64,000 nt of DNA, from contig JBBRNJ010000020.1 in NCBI GenBank assembly GCA_038230375.1, positions 32,001 through 96,000 on the forward strand, read 5' to 3'. This stretch comes from Polyangiales bacterium. Lineage in GTDB: Bacteria; Myxococcota_A; Polyangia; Polyangiales; Polyangiaceae. This document shows, piece by piece, positions 23,187 through 33,553 of this stretch. The notes under the pieces are model-generated. The model was given only the letters and a program-made list of their open reading frames with translations, made no database searches and had not been told where the DNA came from. The first letter of the stretch is position 1, and each line of letters begins with the position of its first letter. The translations under genes were made by a program, and so were the position numbers.

Positions 23187-24674
23187 GTGCCGGTGCTAGC
23201 GGGACTTCTGGCCCTCTGCGCGCCTGGCTGTGGTGGGCGTACTCGCACGGGTGAGCGCCCGCTCGAGGTGCTCGTGGCGCAGGACGCGGAGTCGCTGGAC
23301 CCGCGCTTCACGCTCGATACCGTGGGCCTCCGCGTATCGCGACTGATGCACGCCGGCCTCTTTCGGCTGGACGAAGGAGACCTGCGCCCCATCCCGTACG
23401 CAGCCAAGAGCGTCATGTTCCAGAGCCCAGAAGAGCTGGTGGTGGAGCTCCGGAGCGACATCACCTTCCACTCGGGGAAGCCGCTCGTCGCGGAGGATGT
23501 CGTTGCCACGTTCACGGCCATCGCGGACAAGAGCGTGGGCTCGCGGCACGCGCGCATCTTCGACGCCGTGGATCGCGTGACGGCGGACTCCGCGCATGTG
23601 GTTCGCTTCCACATGAAGCGGCCGCATGCGACGTTGCTCACGGATCTCGAGATGCCGATCCTGCGCGCGGATCAGGCGTTCGGTCCGCCCGCCTCCGATG
23701 GCGATCAGGATGGCATCGGCCCCTATCGCCTGGAGCGCCGGACCGAAGGCGAGATGTCGCTCGTGCCCGCAAAGGGCTCCGCACTGGGCAAGACACCGGC
23801 GCATCCGATCACGATCCGCGTGGTGCACGACGAGAACGCGCGCGCGCTGCGGCTCCTCTCGGGCAGCGGGGACATGGTGCAGAACGGCTTCTCGCTGTCG
23901 CTCATTCCGGCGCTCGCGAAGGAGCCGGGTCTCACGGTGCACGCGCGGCCTGGCGCCAATCTCACGTACCTCCTCTTCCGGACGGACCGCGGGCCGCTCG
24001 CAGACGTGGCGCTGCGTCGTGCGGTGGGACAGATGCTCGATCGCGAGCTGGTGGGGCGAACGCTGCTCTCGGGTCACGCGACCGTGGCAACGACGGTGCT
24101 ACCCGAGGGCCACTGGGCGCACACCACACGGCCAGCGGAGGCGATGACCTTCGACCCCGACGGCGCCGAGGCGACGATCACAGCGCTCGGGCGCCGCGGC
24201 ACGAAGCTCGAGCTGCTCACGTCCACCGATCGCCTGCGCAGCACCGTGGCGCGCTTCTTCGCGCAGACGCTGAACGCGCGCGGCCTCGATGTCACGGTGC
24301 GCGAGCTGGAGCTGGGCACGCTGATCGCACGCCTGAACGCGGGCGATTTCGATATGTGCACACTGCAGCTACCCGAGCTGGCAGAGCCGAACGCGCTGCG
24401 ATTTTTCTTGCATAGTACATATATTCCACCCGAAGGCGGCAACCGTGGGCGCGTGCATGACCTGGCGCTGGACGCGCTCTTCGACGACGGCGACCGCGAG
24501 CTTCTGCCCGAGAAGCGTCGCGTGATCTACCAGCGGATCGAGGAGCAGCTCGCGCACGGTGTCTACCTTGTGCCGCTGTGGCACGAAGACCAGGTCGCCG
24601 TCACCGGACCACGCGCCGCCACGTACCAGCCAAGTCCGGAGGGACGCTGGCTGGGCCTGACCGACGTGCGCTGA
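23187..24674 (+). CDS. ABC transporter substrate-binding lipoprotein, family 5 (peptide/nickel)
   Basis: Lipobox APGC; SLDP, FHSGKPLVAEDVVATF, GIGPYRL and LRRAV motifs. Start approximate; no permease adjacent. Confidence 0.85.
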   Translation: MPVLAGLLALCAPGCGGRTRTGERPLEVLVAQDAESLDPRFTLDTVGLRVSRLMHAGLFRLDEGDLRPIPYAAKSVMFQSPEELVVELRSDITFHSGKPLVAEDVVATFTAIADKSVGSRHARIFDAVDRVTADSAHVVRFHMKRPHATLLTDLEMPILRADQAFGPPASDGDQDGIGPYRLERRTEGEMSLVPAKGSALGKTPAHPITIRVVHDENARALRLLSGSGDMVQNGFSLSLIPALAKEPGLTVHARPGANLTYLLFRTDRGPLADVALRRAVGQMLDRELVGRTLLSGHATVATTVLPEGHWAHTTRPAEAMTFDPDGAEATITALGRRGTKLELLTSTDRLRSTVARFFAQTLNARGLDVTVRELELGTLIARLNAGDFDMCTLQLPELAEPNALRFFLHSTYIPPEGGNRGRVHDLALDALFDDGDRELLPEKRRVIYQRIEEQLAHGVYLVPLWHEDQVAVTGPRAATYQPSPEGRWLGLTDVR

Positions 24675-24675
24675 G

Positions 24676-26037
24676 TCAGGGGCTGTCGGCGCGCACGCAG
24701 CGGAAGCCGATGGTGGAAGAGAACGGATTGCCGTCCGAGCTCACGACCGCCCGTATCGCGGCGCGGAGCTGCGAGCCCGGCTGCGCGAAGCTGCCACCGC
24801 GAACGGTGAAGTCCTTCGTGGTGCCGGCTTGTCCTGCGGCACAGAGCGGGTCCGTGAGCAGGGCTGCGTTCCAGCATCCCTTGCCTTGCAGCGTCCACGC
24901 ATCCGCCATCCATTCGGTGAGGTTGCCGACGACGTCGCGGATCACCCCGCCGGGCAATGCCAGAGCGTCGAGCTTGCCGCTGCCGACGGCCGCGGGGCCC
25001 TTGCCGAACACGAGACACTCGCCAGTCTGCGCGGTGGGCATGGCGTCGTTGGTGCGTGCGTAGACCGCGTCCGTGCAGTGCGCTGCGTCGTCGCCCCACA
25101 CGGCGAACGCGCTGCGTCGCGCGCCAGCGATGTACTCCCACTGCGCCTCGCTGGGGAGCGCGCCACCCAGCTTGGCGCAGTACGCGAGCGCAGCAGGACG
25201 TGTGACGCAGTTGACCGGAAGGGACTCGGCTGCGCCCGCGGCCGTCGTGAACGTGCAGGTCGGGTCCGTCTCGTGGACGATGACGCGCGTGTTCACCGGG
25301 AGCTTCGATGCGCGGTACTGCCCCACCGTAGCTTCGGTCGCGGACATGAAGAACGGCGACACGACGACGAGCCGCTCGGACGATGTACTGCCGTACGTGT
25401 TGCCGACCGTCAGATCGCCCATCCAGTACGCGCCGCCAGGCACGCAGACCTCTCCATCGTGCGGTGCAGAGGAGCAGCCGCGTACGTGATCCTGCGCGAA
25501 CGTGCCGGCAAGACCACCCTTCGCTGGGCCCGAAAGCGGATCGGCGGGCGCGTCGAGCGTGCCGGTCGGCGTGCCCAGGCTCGCGGTCATGAGCTCCACG
25601 TGCACGTCGATGATGCCCTCCGCGGACGTGACGGGCAGCGCGAACACCGTCTCCAGCGTGGAGGTCGCGCGTGGCTCTGCGGTGGTCGCGCCCGTGCTGC
25701 GAAACAGCCGCACGCGCGCAAGATAGCCCGCATGTCCCGCGGGCGGCGCAACACCGAAGGTCGCGCGTCCGCCCTGCACGGTGCCCTGGTCCAGTCCGAA
25801 CTCGCGCGCGCAGAGATCGCACGGCGTGGTCTCGCCGGGGCCGAAGAGCTCTATGCGGAGGCGGTCGAACAGGGGCGTGTTCGCGGGCGGCGGCTGGCCA
25901 GGCCCAGGCGGCAACAGGGCGTCCGTGTCGATCCCGATGCGCACCTGCCCCGGCGGGGGCAACGTCCGATCACCGCACGCGCCGACAAGCACGAGCGCGG
26001 AGAGCGCAGCAAGCGCAGCGGGCAAACGCGTGCTCAC
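24676..26037 (-). CDS. FGE-sulfatase (SUMF1-like, C-type lectin fold) domain lipoprotein
   Basis: GTG start overlaps the upstream stop; lipobox VGAC; LPSEAQWEY, GNLTEW, RGGSF and GFRC motifs. Confidence 0.88.
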   Translation of the reverse strand: MSTRLPAALAALSALVLVGACGDRTLPPPGQVRIGIDTDALLPPGPGQPPPANTPLFDRLRIELFGPGETTPCDLCAREFGLDQGTVQGGRATFGVAPPAGHAGYLARVRLFRSTGATTAEPRATSTLETVFALPVTSAEGIIDVHVELMTASLGTPTGTLDAPADPLSGPAKGGLAGTFAQDHVRGCSSAPHDGEVCVPGGAYWMGDLTVGNTYGSTSSERLVVVSPFFMSATEATVGQYRASKLPVNTRVIVHETDPTCTFTTAAGAAESLPVNCVTRPAALAYCAKLGGALPSEAQWEYIAGARRSAFAVWGDDAAHCTDAVYARTNDAMPTAQTGECLVFGKGPAAVGSGKLDALALPGGVIRDVVGNLTEWMADAWTLQGKGCWNAALLTDPLCAAGQAGTTKDFTVRGGSFAQPGSQLRAAIRAVVSSDGNPFSSTIGFRCVRADSP

Positions 26038-27545
26038 TGCGTGCCCACTTTGTCGGTTGCGTACACGCACCGAAGACCGAGTGGATAGGAGCCCGAGGTG
26101 CGATCGTCGACGAAGCGTGTGGTCGATGCCACCATCTGCGGCAGGATGTAGTTCGCGCCGCGGATGATGCTGCTCTTGTCGGACGCGGCGGGCTCGCAGC
26201 GCGGATCCACGATGGGCCCTTCGAGCCAGCACTGGTCGGTGTAGGGGACCGCCTTGTCGATGACCCACTCCGATAGACCGCCGCCGAGCGCATTCAGACC
26301 CAGCGGCGTCAGATCGTTCTGGCTGTCCTTCGGCGGCGGTGGCGTCTGCGGGAACTGCAGGCACTTGCCGTGGGTGGACTTGTCGTCGCCGCGACCGAAC
26401 GCGGCACGCGAGCACGTCGGGTCGTCGTTGCCCCAGGGATAGCGCGCCTTCTCCACGCGGCCCGCGATGGTGGCCGCGTGCTCCCACTGCGCCTCTGTGG
26501 GTAGGTCACCGCCGAGATACTTGCAGAATGCACGCGCCGTGTTCCACGGCACGCAGTTGAGCGCGTAGTCCTCGCGGCCCTTTGGCGTGGTCGACCACGT
26601 GCAGAGCCCGGTCGCGCTGGTCGAGAGTGGGCCATCGTTGGGGGTGGGCACGGCCGGCTGGGCGAAGCCCCTGGCCCTGGCCGCGCGATAGCGTGCAACG
26701 GTCACCTCGAAGCGATCCATCCAGAAGCGATGAAGACCGAACGTGCGCACGGGGAGCGCGGCGACCTCGATGCCGGACAGGAGATCCGCCGTGCCCAGCA
26801 CGGTGGCGCCGCCGGCCACGCAGATCCGGTCCGCGTCGTTCGTGGCCGCTGGTGCGTCGCATGGCTCGTTTGGCCAGGTGGCCACGACGGATGCCGCGCC
26901 GTCGGCCGTGTCTGCGAGCGACAGCAACGTCACAGGCGCGAGCGTCTTCTCGGTATCGATGCAGGTGGTCGCCACGCCGAGCGTGAGCACGGGCGGGTCG
27001 TTGGAGAAGCGCGCGGAGGTGCCCAGGCATGCTCCGTGAAGCGTCACGCGCGCGTGCTTCTTCGCGTCGCTCGGAAGCTCGACGTAGAGAAGGCGGTCCA
27101 CGGTGACGAGCGGCCAGGGCGCGCTCGCGGGCGTCACGTCCACGCCGCCCGAGAGGAGGCGCGGCGCGTTCGTCTTCGGTGTGGGGTCCATGGGGCCGCC
27201 CCACACGTGCGGCGCTTCGCCACGGTAGTCGCGCGTCTGCCCGGTGGGATACGCGCGAAGCCGCACCCACACGCTCTTCGTGCTGGAGCCGTCCGCGTAG
27301 ACACCAAAGCTCACCGGCCAGTCGCGTGGGTCGGGCCGCGCGAAGTCTGCGGTCTGGAACCATGTGCCGTGCTCGTCGTAGAGATCCACGCGCAGGCTGG
27401 AAACGGCGAGCGGCACGGGAAGATCGGTATCCACGCTGAGGACCACCTCGGGCAGCGGCGGCAGGTCCTTCGTGCACGCTGACGCGCCGAGTATGAGCGG
27501 CATCACGGACGCGGCGGCGAAGCATCTCCACACGATCACGCGCAC
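26034..27545 (-). CDS. FGE-sulfatase domain lipoprotein, tandem paralog
   Basis: Lipobox ASAC; FEVT, LPTEAQWE, YPWG, LSEW, RGAN and GLRC motifs. Confidence 0.88.
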   Translation of the reverse strand: MRVIVWRCFAAASVMPLILGASACTKDLPPLPEVVLSVDTDLPVPLAVSSLRVDLYDEHGTWFQTADFARPDPRDWPVSFGVYADGSSTKSVWVRLRAYPTGQTRDYRGEAPHVWGGPMDPTPKTNAPRLLSGGVDVTPASAPWPLVTVDRLLYVELPSDAKKHARVTLHGACLGTSARFSNDPPVLTLGVATTCIDTEKTLAPVTLLSLADTADGAASVVATWPNEPCDAPAATNDADRICVAGGATVLGTADLLSGIEVAALPVRTFGLHRFWMDRFEVTVARYRAARARGFAQPAVPTPNDGPLSTSATGLCTWSTTPKGREDYALNCVPWNTARAFCKYLGGDLPTEAQWEHAATIAGRVEKARYPWGNDDPTCSRAAFGRGDDKSTHGKCLQFPQTPPPPKDSQNDLTPLGLNALGGGLSEWVIDKAVPYTDQCWLEGPIVDPRCEPAASDKSSIIRGANYILPQMVASTTRFVDDRTSGSYPLGLRCVYATDKVGTQ

Positions 27546-27574
27546 ACTCTAAATCATGTCGTAGTCTTCCGATC

Positions 27575-28417
27575 ATGGAGATGGGAGAAAGCCCCGTGAC
27601 AGCGCAGGACCCCCTCAAGGCGCCGCTGCAGGTCCTGGCAGTGGGGCTAGGGCTCACCATCATCACCGTGGCGCTCAGCGTCGCGTCGCTCGTCTTGCTC
27701 GAGCGGAGCGCCTCCATGGGCAGGCTCTCAAATCTGATCTCTGTTGTCTCCGTGGGCAGCGACGCGACGGTTCTTGCCGGTTGCGTGATGCTGTCGCGAC
27801 TCAAGAGAGCCGGCTCGTCGCAGGCGCTGGTATCGGCCATCTTCCACGGGGCCGGCATAGTGTTCGTCGGGCTCTGGTTCGGCGTCGCGTTGACCGGGGC
27901 GACCTGGATCTTCACGGTGATGGCGCTCGCAAACAACCTCATCGACGTCGTTGGCGTGGTCATGCTCGCGCTGGCGCTCCGGGAGGTCGCGAAGAGCCGC
28001 GGGCGAAGCTACGACGGATTGCTGTTCTCGGCGGCCGGCGCGATGGGCTTCTCCGTGATCGGGGCGCTGGCCAACCTCCTCGGCAGCTTTCCCATAGGGG
28101 TGTACTACGCGACCAGCGCAACAAGCTCGTTGTCACGGGCCGCCATGGTCTTCGTCGCGCTCATGATCGTGCGCCATGCGCCGCTGCCCGATGCGCAGCT
28201 CGCCTATGACTCCGCGTATCGCGGGCCCACGGGCGCCATCGAACCAGCGGTCGAGGGCAGCATCGCGCTCGGCTTCCTTGCAGGCTTCTTCGGTGGCTGC
28301 ATCGGCGCAATCCTCGTGCTGGCACTCGCGAAAGGCGCGAAGACGAAGCGCGGCGCGGGCATCGGGTTCGCGTGTCAGACGGTGGTGGGGATCGCGCTTC
28401 GCGCTGCGATCCACTGA
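27575..28417 (+). CDS. Multi-pass membrane hypothetical protein
   Basis: About eight hydrophobic segments. Confidence 0.75.
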   Translation: MEMGESPVTAQDPLKAPLQVLAVGLGLTIITVALSVASLVLLERSASMGRLSNLISVVSVGSDATVLAGCVMLSRLKRAGSSQALVSAIFHGAGIVFVGLWFGVALTGATWIFTVMALANNLIDVVGVVMLALALREVAKSRGRSYDGLLFSAAGAMGFSVIGALANLLGSFPIGVYYATSATSSLSRAAMVFVALMIVRHAPLPDAQLAYDSAYRGPTGAIEPAVEGSIALGFLAGFFGGCIGAILVLALAKGAKTKRGAGIGFACQTVVGIALRAAIH

Positions 28418-28420
28418 CGG

Positions 28421-29599
28421 TCACGGAGCGATCGCGTCGGCGACCTCTCGAGCCCCTTGGTCGCCGCCAAGCAGCGGAACGAAGGGCATCCACTCGACGA
28501 GACCGTAGCCGCACTCGTCCTCGAATGGCTCGTCGCGATCCGCGGCGAAGCCTTGCTCGAACACGGTGAGCCAGCGCGCGAGCACCACATCGCGCGGGAG
28601 CTCGAGCAGCTCCGCGCCGCCTCGCGCGTCCTTGACCAGCGCGATCCCCTCGGCCACGACGCGGTCGCATTCGGCTGCATCCGCCAGGTGAATCGCGCCG
28701 AGCGCGAGCGCCACCCCACGGTCAGCGTCCCAGCCGATGGTGCGCGCCCGCAGCACCGCATCCTCGGCGTTGCCCAGCGCCGCCCAACCCGGTAACAGCG
28801 CGCGCATTGCCGTGGCCCCGAAGCTGGGAGACGAATGAAGGCGCGACGCGAGCTCGAGCGCGCGCGGGTACAGCTCACGCGACAGGTGTGGTGCGATCGC
28901 CACGAACACGCGCGCATCGCACAGTGACGGATCGGCCTCATTTTCCAGGGCCGCGGCGATCGCGCGTTCACGCCACGGTGGAGCGAGGGCGTGCGCGACC
29001 AGCGCGTAGCCGAGAGCCCGATAGTACTCGTGCGACAACGCGATCGCCGCGAGCAGCACCTCCGGCGCAACGTCGGCCAGGCCCGGCGCCGCGCGGGCGA
29101 GGAGTCGCGGAAGGTCATACGGCGGGAAGCTCATTGATTTCCACGCCACCTCCGTCTCACGAAAGAGGGCGACACGCTCGTCGCGCGGTACCAGGCTCAC
29201 CAGAGTTGCAAGGCACTCGATGCTCGCGCGCACGAGCACCTGGGACGACGCGTTGGTCGCGTTCTTGCGCGAGAGCTCCTCCCGAGCGACGGTGAGCGCC
29301 GTGGCGCGCGCGGGCTCGTGGACGGCAGCAAGCGCCATGAGCACATCCATCGTCCACGTGGAGCGCTGCTCCGAGCTTGCCGCGCGAAGCGCCCGCTCGA
29401 AGACGTACGCGCGGACCTCGGGATCTTCACACGCACCTCCGACGCCAAGGAGCGCGCGCGACGCGCCAGGGAGCGCAACCTCGGGCGCGACCCCACGGCG
29501 TGCGCGAAACTGCGCCGCGGCGACGCGAAAGAGCTGCCCGATGTCGTGTGTGTTCGCGATGACTGATGTTACCGCCCACCGGCGACGGACGCCATGCAA
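28421..29599 (-). CDS. Helical-repeat hypothetical protein
   Basis: Ala/Leu/Arg-rich ORF with HEAT-like periodicity; start uncertain. Confidence 0.5.
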   Translation of the reverse strand: MHGVRRRWAVTSVIANTHDIGQLFRVAAAQFRARRGVAPEVALPGASRALLGVGGACEDPEVRAYVFERALRAASSEQRSTWTMDVLMALAAVHEPARATALTVAREELSRKNATNASSQVLVRASIECLATLVSLVPRDERVALFRETEVAWKSMSFPPYDLPRLLARAAPGLADVAPEVLLAAIALSHEYYRALGYALVAHALAPPWRERAIAAALENEADPSLCDARVFVAIAPHLSRELYPRALELASRLHSSPSFGATAMRALLPGWAALGNAEDAVLRARTIGWDADRGVALALGAIHLADAAECDRVVAEGIALVKDARGGAELLELPRDVVLARWLTVFEQGFAADRDEPFEDECGYGLVEWMPFVPLLGGDQGAREVADAIAP

Positions 29600-29672
29600 C
29601 GAACATCAGCGAAGCGCCGCATTTAACCTTGTTTAACGGGCACGTTGGGGCAGGCTGCACTTTACTCCTGCC

Positions 29673-30827
29673 ATGAACCGCCACACGCTGGTCGCCATTC
29701 TTCCTTTGCTCCTCGCGTGCTCTTCGTCCAGCACGCAGGCCGTCCCCGACGCCGGCGCGGATCCGGACGCAAGCGCCGCAGACGCAGGACCGCCGAACCC
29801 GTTCGCCGCATACGAGCAGGCGGTGCTCGCTTCGTCCTGGACGAAGCTCGCCGGTGCCACGGTCCCGGCCGTGAAGGGCGGCGCCAAGATGGACGACCTC
29901 TACTTCACCAGCCCGACGATCGGCTACGCGGCGACTGGGCTGGACGGCATCCAGAAGACAACCGACGGTGGCGTCACCTGGACGAAGGCGTTCACCAACA
30001 TGGGCACGTTCTTCCGCTCCGTTCTCTTCGTGGACGACAACCACGGGTTTGCGGGCAACCTGGGCGCGGGGCTGGACATGTCGATCTCCGATGCGACCGT
30101 GCTCTACGAGACGAAGGACGCGGGCAAGACGTGGGCTGCGGTCACGGCGATCTCGGGGCCCATGCCGTCCGGCATCTGCAACCTCACGAAGGTGGATGCG
30201 ACACACCTGTTCGCGGTCGGCCGCGCGAACGGCCCCGCGCACGTCCTCACATCGAGCGACGCGGGCGCCACATGGACCTCCACCGACCTGGGTGCCCAGA
30301 TGAGCATGCTCATCGACGCGCACTTCACCTCGCCCACCGAAGGCATCGTCGCAGGTCAGGGCGTGGGAGCCGGTGACGTGTGCACCATCCTTCGTACGAC
30401 GGATGGCGGAAAGACCTACGCGAAGGTCTTCGCTTCGAAGGCCGGCGGCAGCCTCTGCTGGAAGCTCTCCTTCCCCACGAACGACGTGGGCTACGTGGCG
30501 GTCCAGGACGAGGCGAAGGGACCCGCCACGTTCGCAAAGACGCTCGACGGTGGCCTCACATGGACGGAGATGCCGCTCCCCGTGAAGACCACGGCGCTCG
30601 GTGGCTATCCCGCGATTGGCATCGGCTTCATCACGCCAAACCTTGGATGGGTCGCGCCAGAAGACCCCACGCTCCCGGCGTACCGCACCACGGACGGCGG
30701 ATTGACGTGGACCGTCGACACCGCGCTCAAGGCCCCGATCAACAGGTTCCGCTTCGTCGACAAGAACACCGCGTATGCCATCGGCGGCAACGTGTGGAAG
30801 ATGTCGATCGCATACACGGGCACCTGA
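29673..30827 (+). CDS. YCF48/BNR-repeat beta-propeller lipoprotein
   Basis: Lipobox LLAC; repeated (T/S)xDGGxTW Asp-box motifs. Confidence 0.88.
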   Translation: MNRHTLVAILPLLLACSSSSTQAVPDAGADPDASAADAGPPNPFAAYEQAVLASSWTKLAGATVPAVKGGAKMDDLYFTSPTIGYAATGLDGIQKTTDGGVTWTKAFTNMGTFFRSVLFVDDNHGFAGNLGAGLDMSISDATVLYETKDAGKTWAAVTAISGPMPSGICNLTKVDATHLFAVGRANGPAHVLTSSDAGATWTSTDLGAQMSMLIDAHFTSPTEGIVAGQGVGAGDVCTILRTTDGGKTYAKVFASKAGGSLCWKLSFPTNDVGYVAVQDEAKGPATFAKTLDGGLTWTEMPLPVKTTALGGYPAIGIGFITPNLGWVAPEDPTLPAYRTTDGGLTWTVDTALKAPINRFRFVDKNTAYAIGGNVWKMSIAYTGT

Positions 30828-30829
30828 GC

Positions 30830-32650
30830 GTGAAGACGAGATTCGCCGCCGCGTTTGCCTGCGCAGGAGCCCTTGCCAGCATCGACTGCGGGCAGAGCTC
30901 CGGCCCTGCGCGCGGCGACGGCGACAGTGGAGTCGCGACAACCAACATCTGCGACGAGGGCGCGCACGTGGCCTATCCTGCCACGACGAGCGGGGTCGCG
31001 ATCGGAGCCACGCTTCCAGACATGGCATTCGCAGGGCTTCGCGAGGACGGCGCCGCGGGCTCCATCAGCATGCGTGACTACTACGAGCCGTGTGCCGCGC
31101 GCTCTCGCCTCCTGGTCGTGCGTACCAATGGCGGCGCGTGGTGCGGCACGTGCCTCTGGCATGCGGGCCACACGCGCGAGCTCCAATCGCTCGCGATCGG
31201 CGCGCGGCTACGCATCGTGGACCTGATCGTGGGCGACCGCGACAACGCACCGGCGACCACGAACGATCTGCCGGCATGGCGCGCGCTGGTGAGCTCCTCG
31301 GGCCCGATCGCGTTCGGCGTGGATCCCGCGTTCTCGCTGCGCGGAGCGCTGGGCACGCCGGCGGTGCCGGTGCCGCTCTACGTGATCGTGGACACGCGGA
31401 CCATGGTGGTCAAGAGCGCGCTGTCGAACCCGGATCCGGCGACGCTGCAGGTTGCACTGGAGAAGGCGCTCGCGGACGCAGACGGCACGCCGCCACCGCC
31501 GCCTCCGGATGACCCTCTCGTGGACGGACTCTTTCACAGGAACGAATGGGACATGCTCCGCGACGTGACGCTGCCCGGCGCACCGCCGCCCGATGCGACG
31601 AACGCGAACGCTGACGACACTGCCACTGCCGCGCTGGGCAAGTCCCTGTTCTTCGATGCCGGGCTTTCGCCGTCGGGCGTGGTGTCGTGCGGTTCGTGTC
31701 ACGACCCCAAGAGCAACCTCACCGACGGGCAGCCGCAAGGAACGGGCGTTGCGAAGGGCACGCGCAGAACGCCGCGCATCGCGCTCGCCTCGCACGCGCG
31801 GTGGCAGCTGTGGGACGGACGCGCGGACACGCTGTGGGGGCAGGCCTTGGGCCCGTTCGAGAACAAGGCGGAGTTCGGGTCGTCGCGCCTGTTCGTGGTG
31901 CAGCGACTGGTGAGCACGTACAAGGACGCCTACGCGAAGGCGTTCCAGGGCGCGCCGCTGCCCGACGCGTCGAAGCTACCGAAGAGCGGGATGCCGGGCG
32001 ACGTCGCGTACGACGCGCTCACCGCAGCCGACAAGGACGCCGTGACCCGCGCCTTCGTGAACGCCGGCAAGTCCATCGCCGCGTATGAGCGCACCTTCCG
32101 CGTGAAGCCGAACGCGCTGGATGCATACGTGGGCGGGGACCTGACGGCGCTCTCGCAGACGGAGAAACAAGGCCTCTACGTGTTCACGAGTGTAGGATGC
32201 ATGCAATGCCATCACGGCCCGCGCCTCACCGACGACGCATTTCACGTGAACCGCACGCCGACGGGCCGCGCCGACCTCGCGGGTGATCCGGGCCGGCAGA
32301 GCGGCATCGCTCAGCTCCTCGCATCCGACTTCAACGCGAGCGGCCGCTTCAGCGACGCGCCCGGCATGAGCCACGTGCCGAAGGGCCTTGCGCCGAGCGT
32401 GAGCGCGCGGGGCGCATTCAAGACGCCGCCGCTCAGAGGCGTGGGCGACGTCGCGCCGTTCGGTCACGGCGGTAGCGAAGCGGACCTGGCGGCAGTGATG
32501 CAGCTCTATGGCAGGGGCGGACTTCCGGACGACGACGCGCGCGCAGTCGGCGTTACCGACCCGTGGCTGATGCGATTCGGCGAGACCGTGCAGTGGTCGC
32601 TCGTGCCTTTCCTGAAGACGCTCACGGCGGAGCCGATCGTCAGTCAGTAG
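30830..32650 (+). CDS. Diheme cytochrome c peroxidase/MauG-family protein with N-terminal thioredoxin-like domain
   Basis: GTG start; WCGTC redoxin motif; LGKSLFFD, CGSCH, QLWDGRA, CMQCH and FKTPPLR. Confidence 0.85.
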   Translation: MKTRFAAAFACAGALASIDCGQSSGPARGDGDSGVATTNICDEGAHVAYPATTSGVAIGATLPDMAFAGLREDGAAGSISMRDYYEPCAARSRLLVVRTNGGAWCGTCLWHAGHTRELQSLAIGARLRIVDLIVGDRDNAPATTNDLPAWRALVSSSGPIAFGVDPAFSLRGALGTPAVPVPLYVIVDTRTMVVKSALSNPDPATLQVALEKALADADGTPPPPPPDDPLVDGLFHRNEWDMLRDVTLPGAPPPDATNANADDTATAALGKSLFFDAGLSPSGVVSCGSCHDPKSNLTDGQPQGTGVAKGTRRTPRIALASHARWQLWDGRADTLWGQALGPFENKAEFGSSRLFVVQRLVSTYKDAYAKAFQGAPLPDASKLPKSGMPGDVAYDALTAADKDAVTRAFVNAGKSIAAYERTFRVKPNALDAYVGGDLTALSQTEKQGLYVFTSVGCMQCHHGPRLTDDAFHVNRTPTGRADLAGDPGRQSGIAQLLASDFNASGRFSDAPGMSHVPKGLAPSVSARGAFKTPPLRGVGDVAPFGHGGSEADLAAVMQLYGRGGLPDDDARAVGVTDPWLMRFGETVQWSLVPFLKTLTAEPIVSQ

Positions 32651-33444
32651 CGGGTTGACGACGACGCCGGAGGCAGATCTTGCGGCTCGCGGCCGGCAAT
32701 CAGCTCCAGCACCGCGTGTGCTGCGGCGCCTGGCACGCCGCAGTGATCGACCGAGGCAGTGGCATCGTCGGCGCTGTAGTCGTAGTCGTTGCAGACGGTG
32801 TCGCCCGTGCACTGCGGCTCGCGACCGGTGAACGGTCCGACGAGCCACTTGATGACCCGCGAGCAGTCGTCGCTCGGCGCTATGGTGTGACGGAACTCGT
32901 AGAGCGTCACCACGTTCGCCGGCACCTGCATCACGTGCCGCGGGAACGCGAGCGCGACGGTCTGGTAGGGATCGAGCGCGAAGAAGCGAGCAATGGTCTT
33001 CCGCTCGTCCGAGAACCGCTCGTCATCCTGGATGAGCGCGATCACGTCACGCGCATCGAAGCCGCCCCAGGAGAAGCCCACCACGTTGAGCTCCATGTCT
33101 GCATCGCTCTCGGTCACGGCCCCGTCGCCGTCGGTGTCGAGCGCAGCGACGATCACGTCGACCGCGTGCCCCAGATCCGCATTCCAGCGAAAGAACGGAT
33201 AGTCCGCGTCCCATCCATCCACGTCTCGAATGAGGTTCGGGAGCGCGCGACAGAGATCACCAAGCTCCGAGTTGCCACCGGACGCATACGGATCACCGCC
33301 GAACGACCGCCCGGCGAAGCACACCGAAGCGGACGCCCGCGTGGTCGCGCTCGCGGAGCTCGTCCCGGTGTTCTCCTCCGTCGCAGCCGCACACCCAGCG
33401 ACGAACACACAAGCGAGCACCGCGACGACGAGACGAACATCCAT
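32644..33444 (-). CDS. Alpha/beta-hydrolase lipoprotein
   Basis: Lipobox VAGC; GFSWG nucleophile elbow, ALDP and C-terminal DH. Confidence 0.75.
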   Translation of the reverse strand: MDVRLVVAVLACVFVAGCAAATEENTGTSSASATTRASASVCFAGRSFGGDPYASGGNSELGDLCRALPNLIRDVDGWDADYPFFRWNADLGHAVDVIVAALDTDGDGAVTESDADMELNVVGFSWGGFDARDVIALIQDDERFSDERKTIARFFALDPYQTVALAFPRHVMQVPANVVTLYEFRHTIAPSDDCSRVIKWLVGPFTGREPQCTGDTVCNDYDYSADDATASVDHCGVPGAAAHAVLELIAGREPQDLPPASSSTRY

Positions 33445-33553
33445 GACGACCCACGAGCAGCCGCATGCCGCCACTGCGTCATTCGTCAGCGATCAAGGAG
33501 CAGCGAAAACGCAGGAAGTTCCGCCTCCCCCTCCCATGTGGGTGCCGCGACGC

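Noticed and set aside
24676..27545. Diversity-generating retroelement targeting the CLec-fold genes
   Set aside because: No reverse transcriptase and no template/variable repeat pair were seen.
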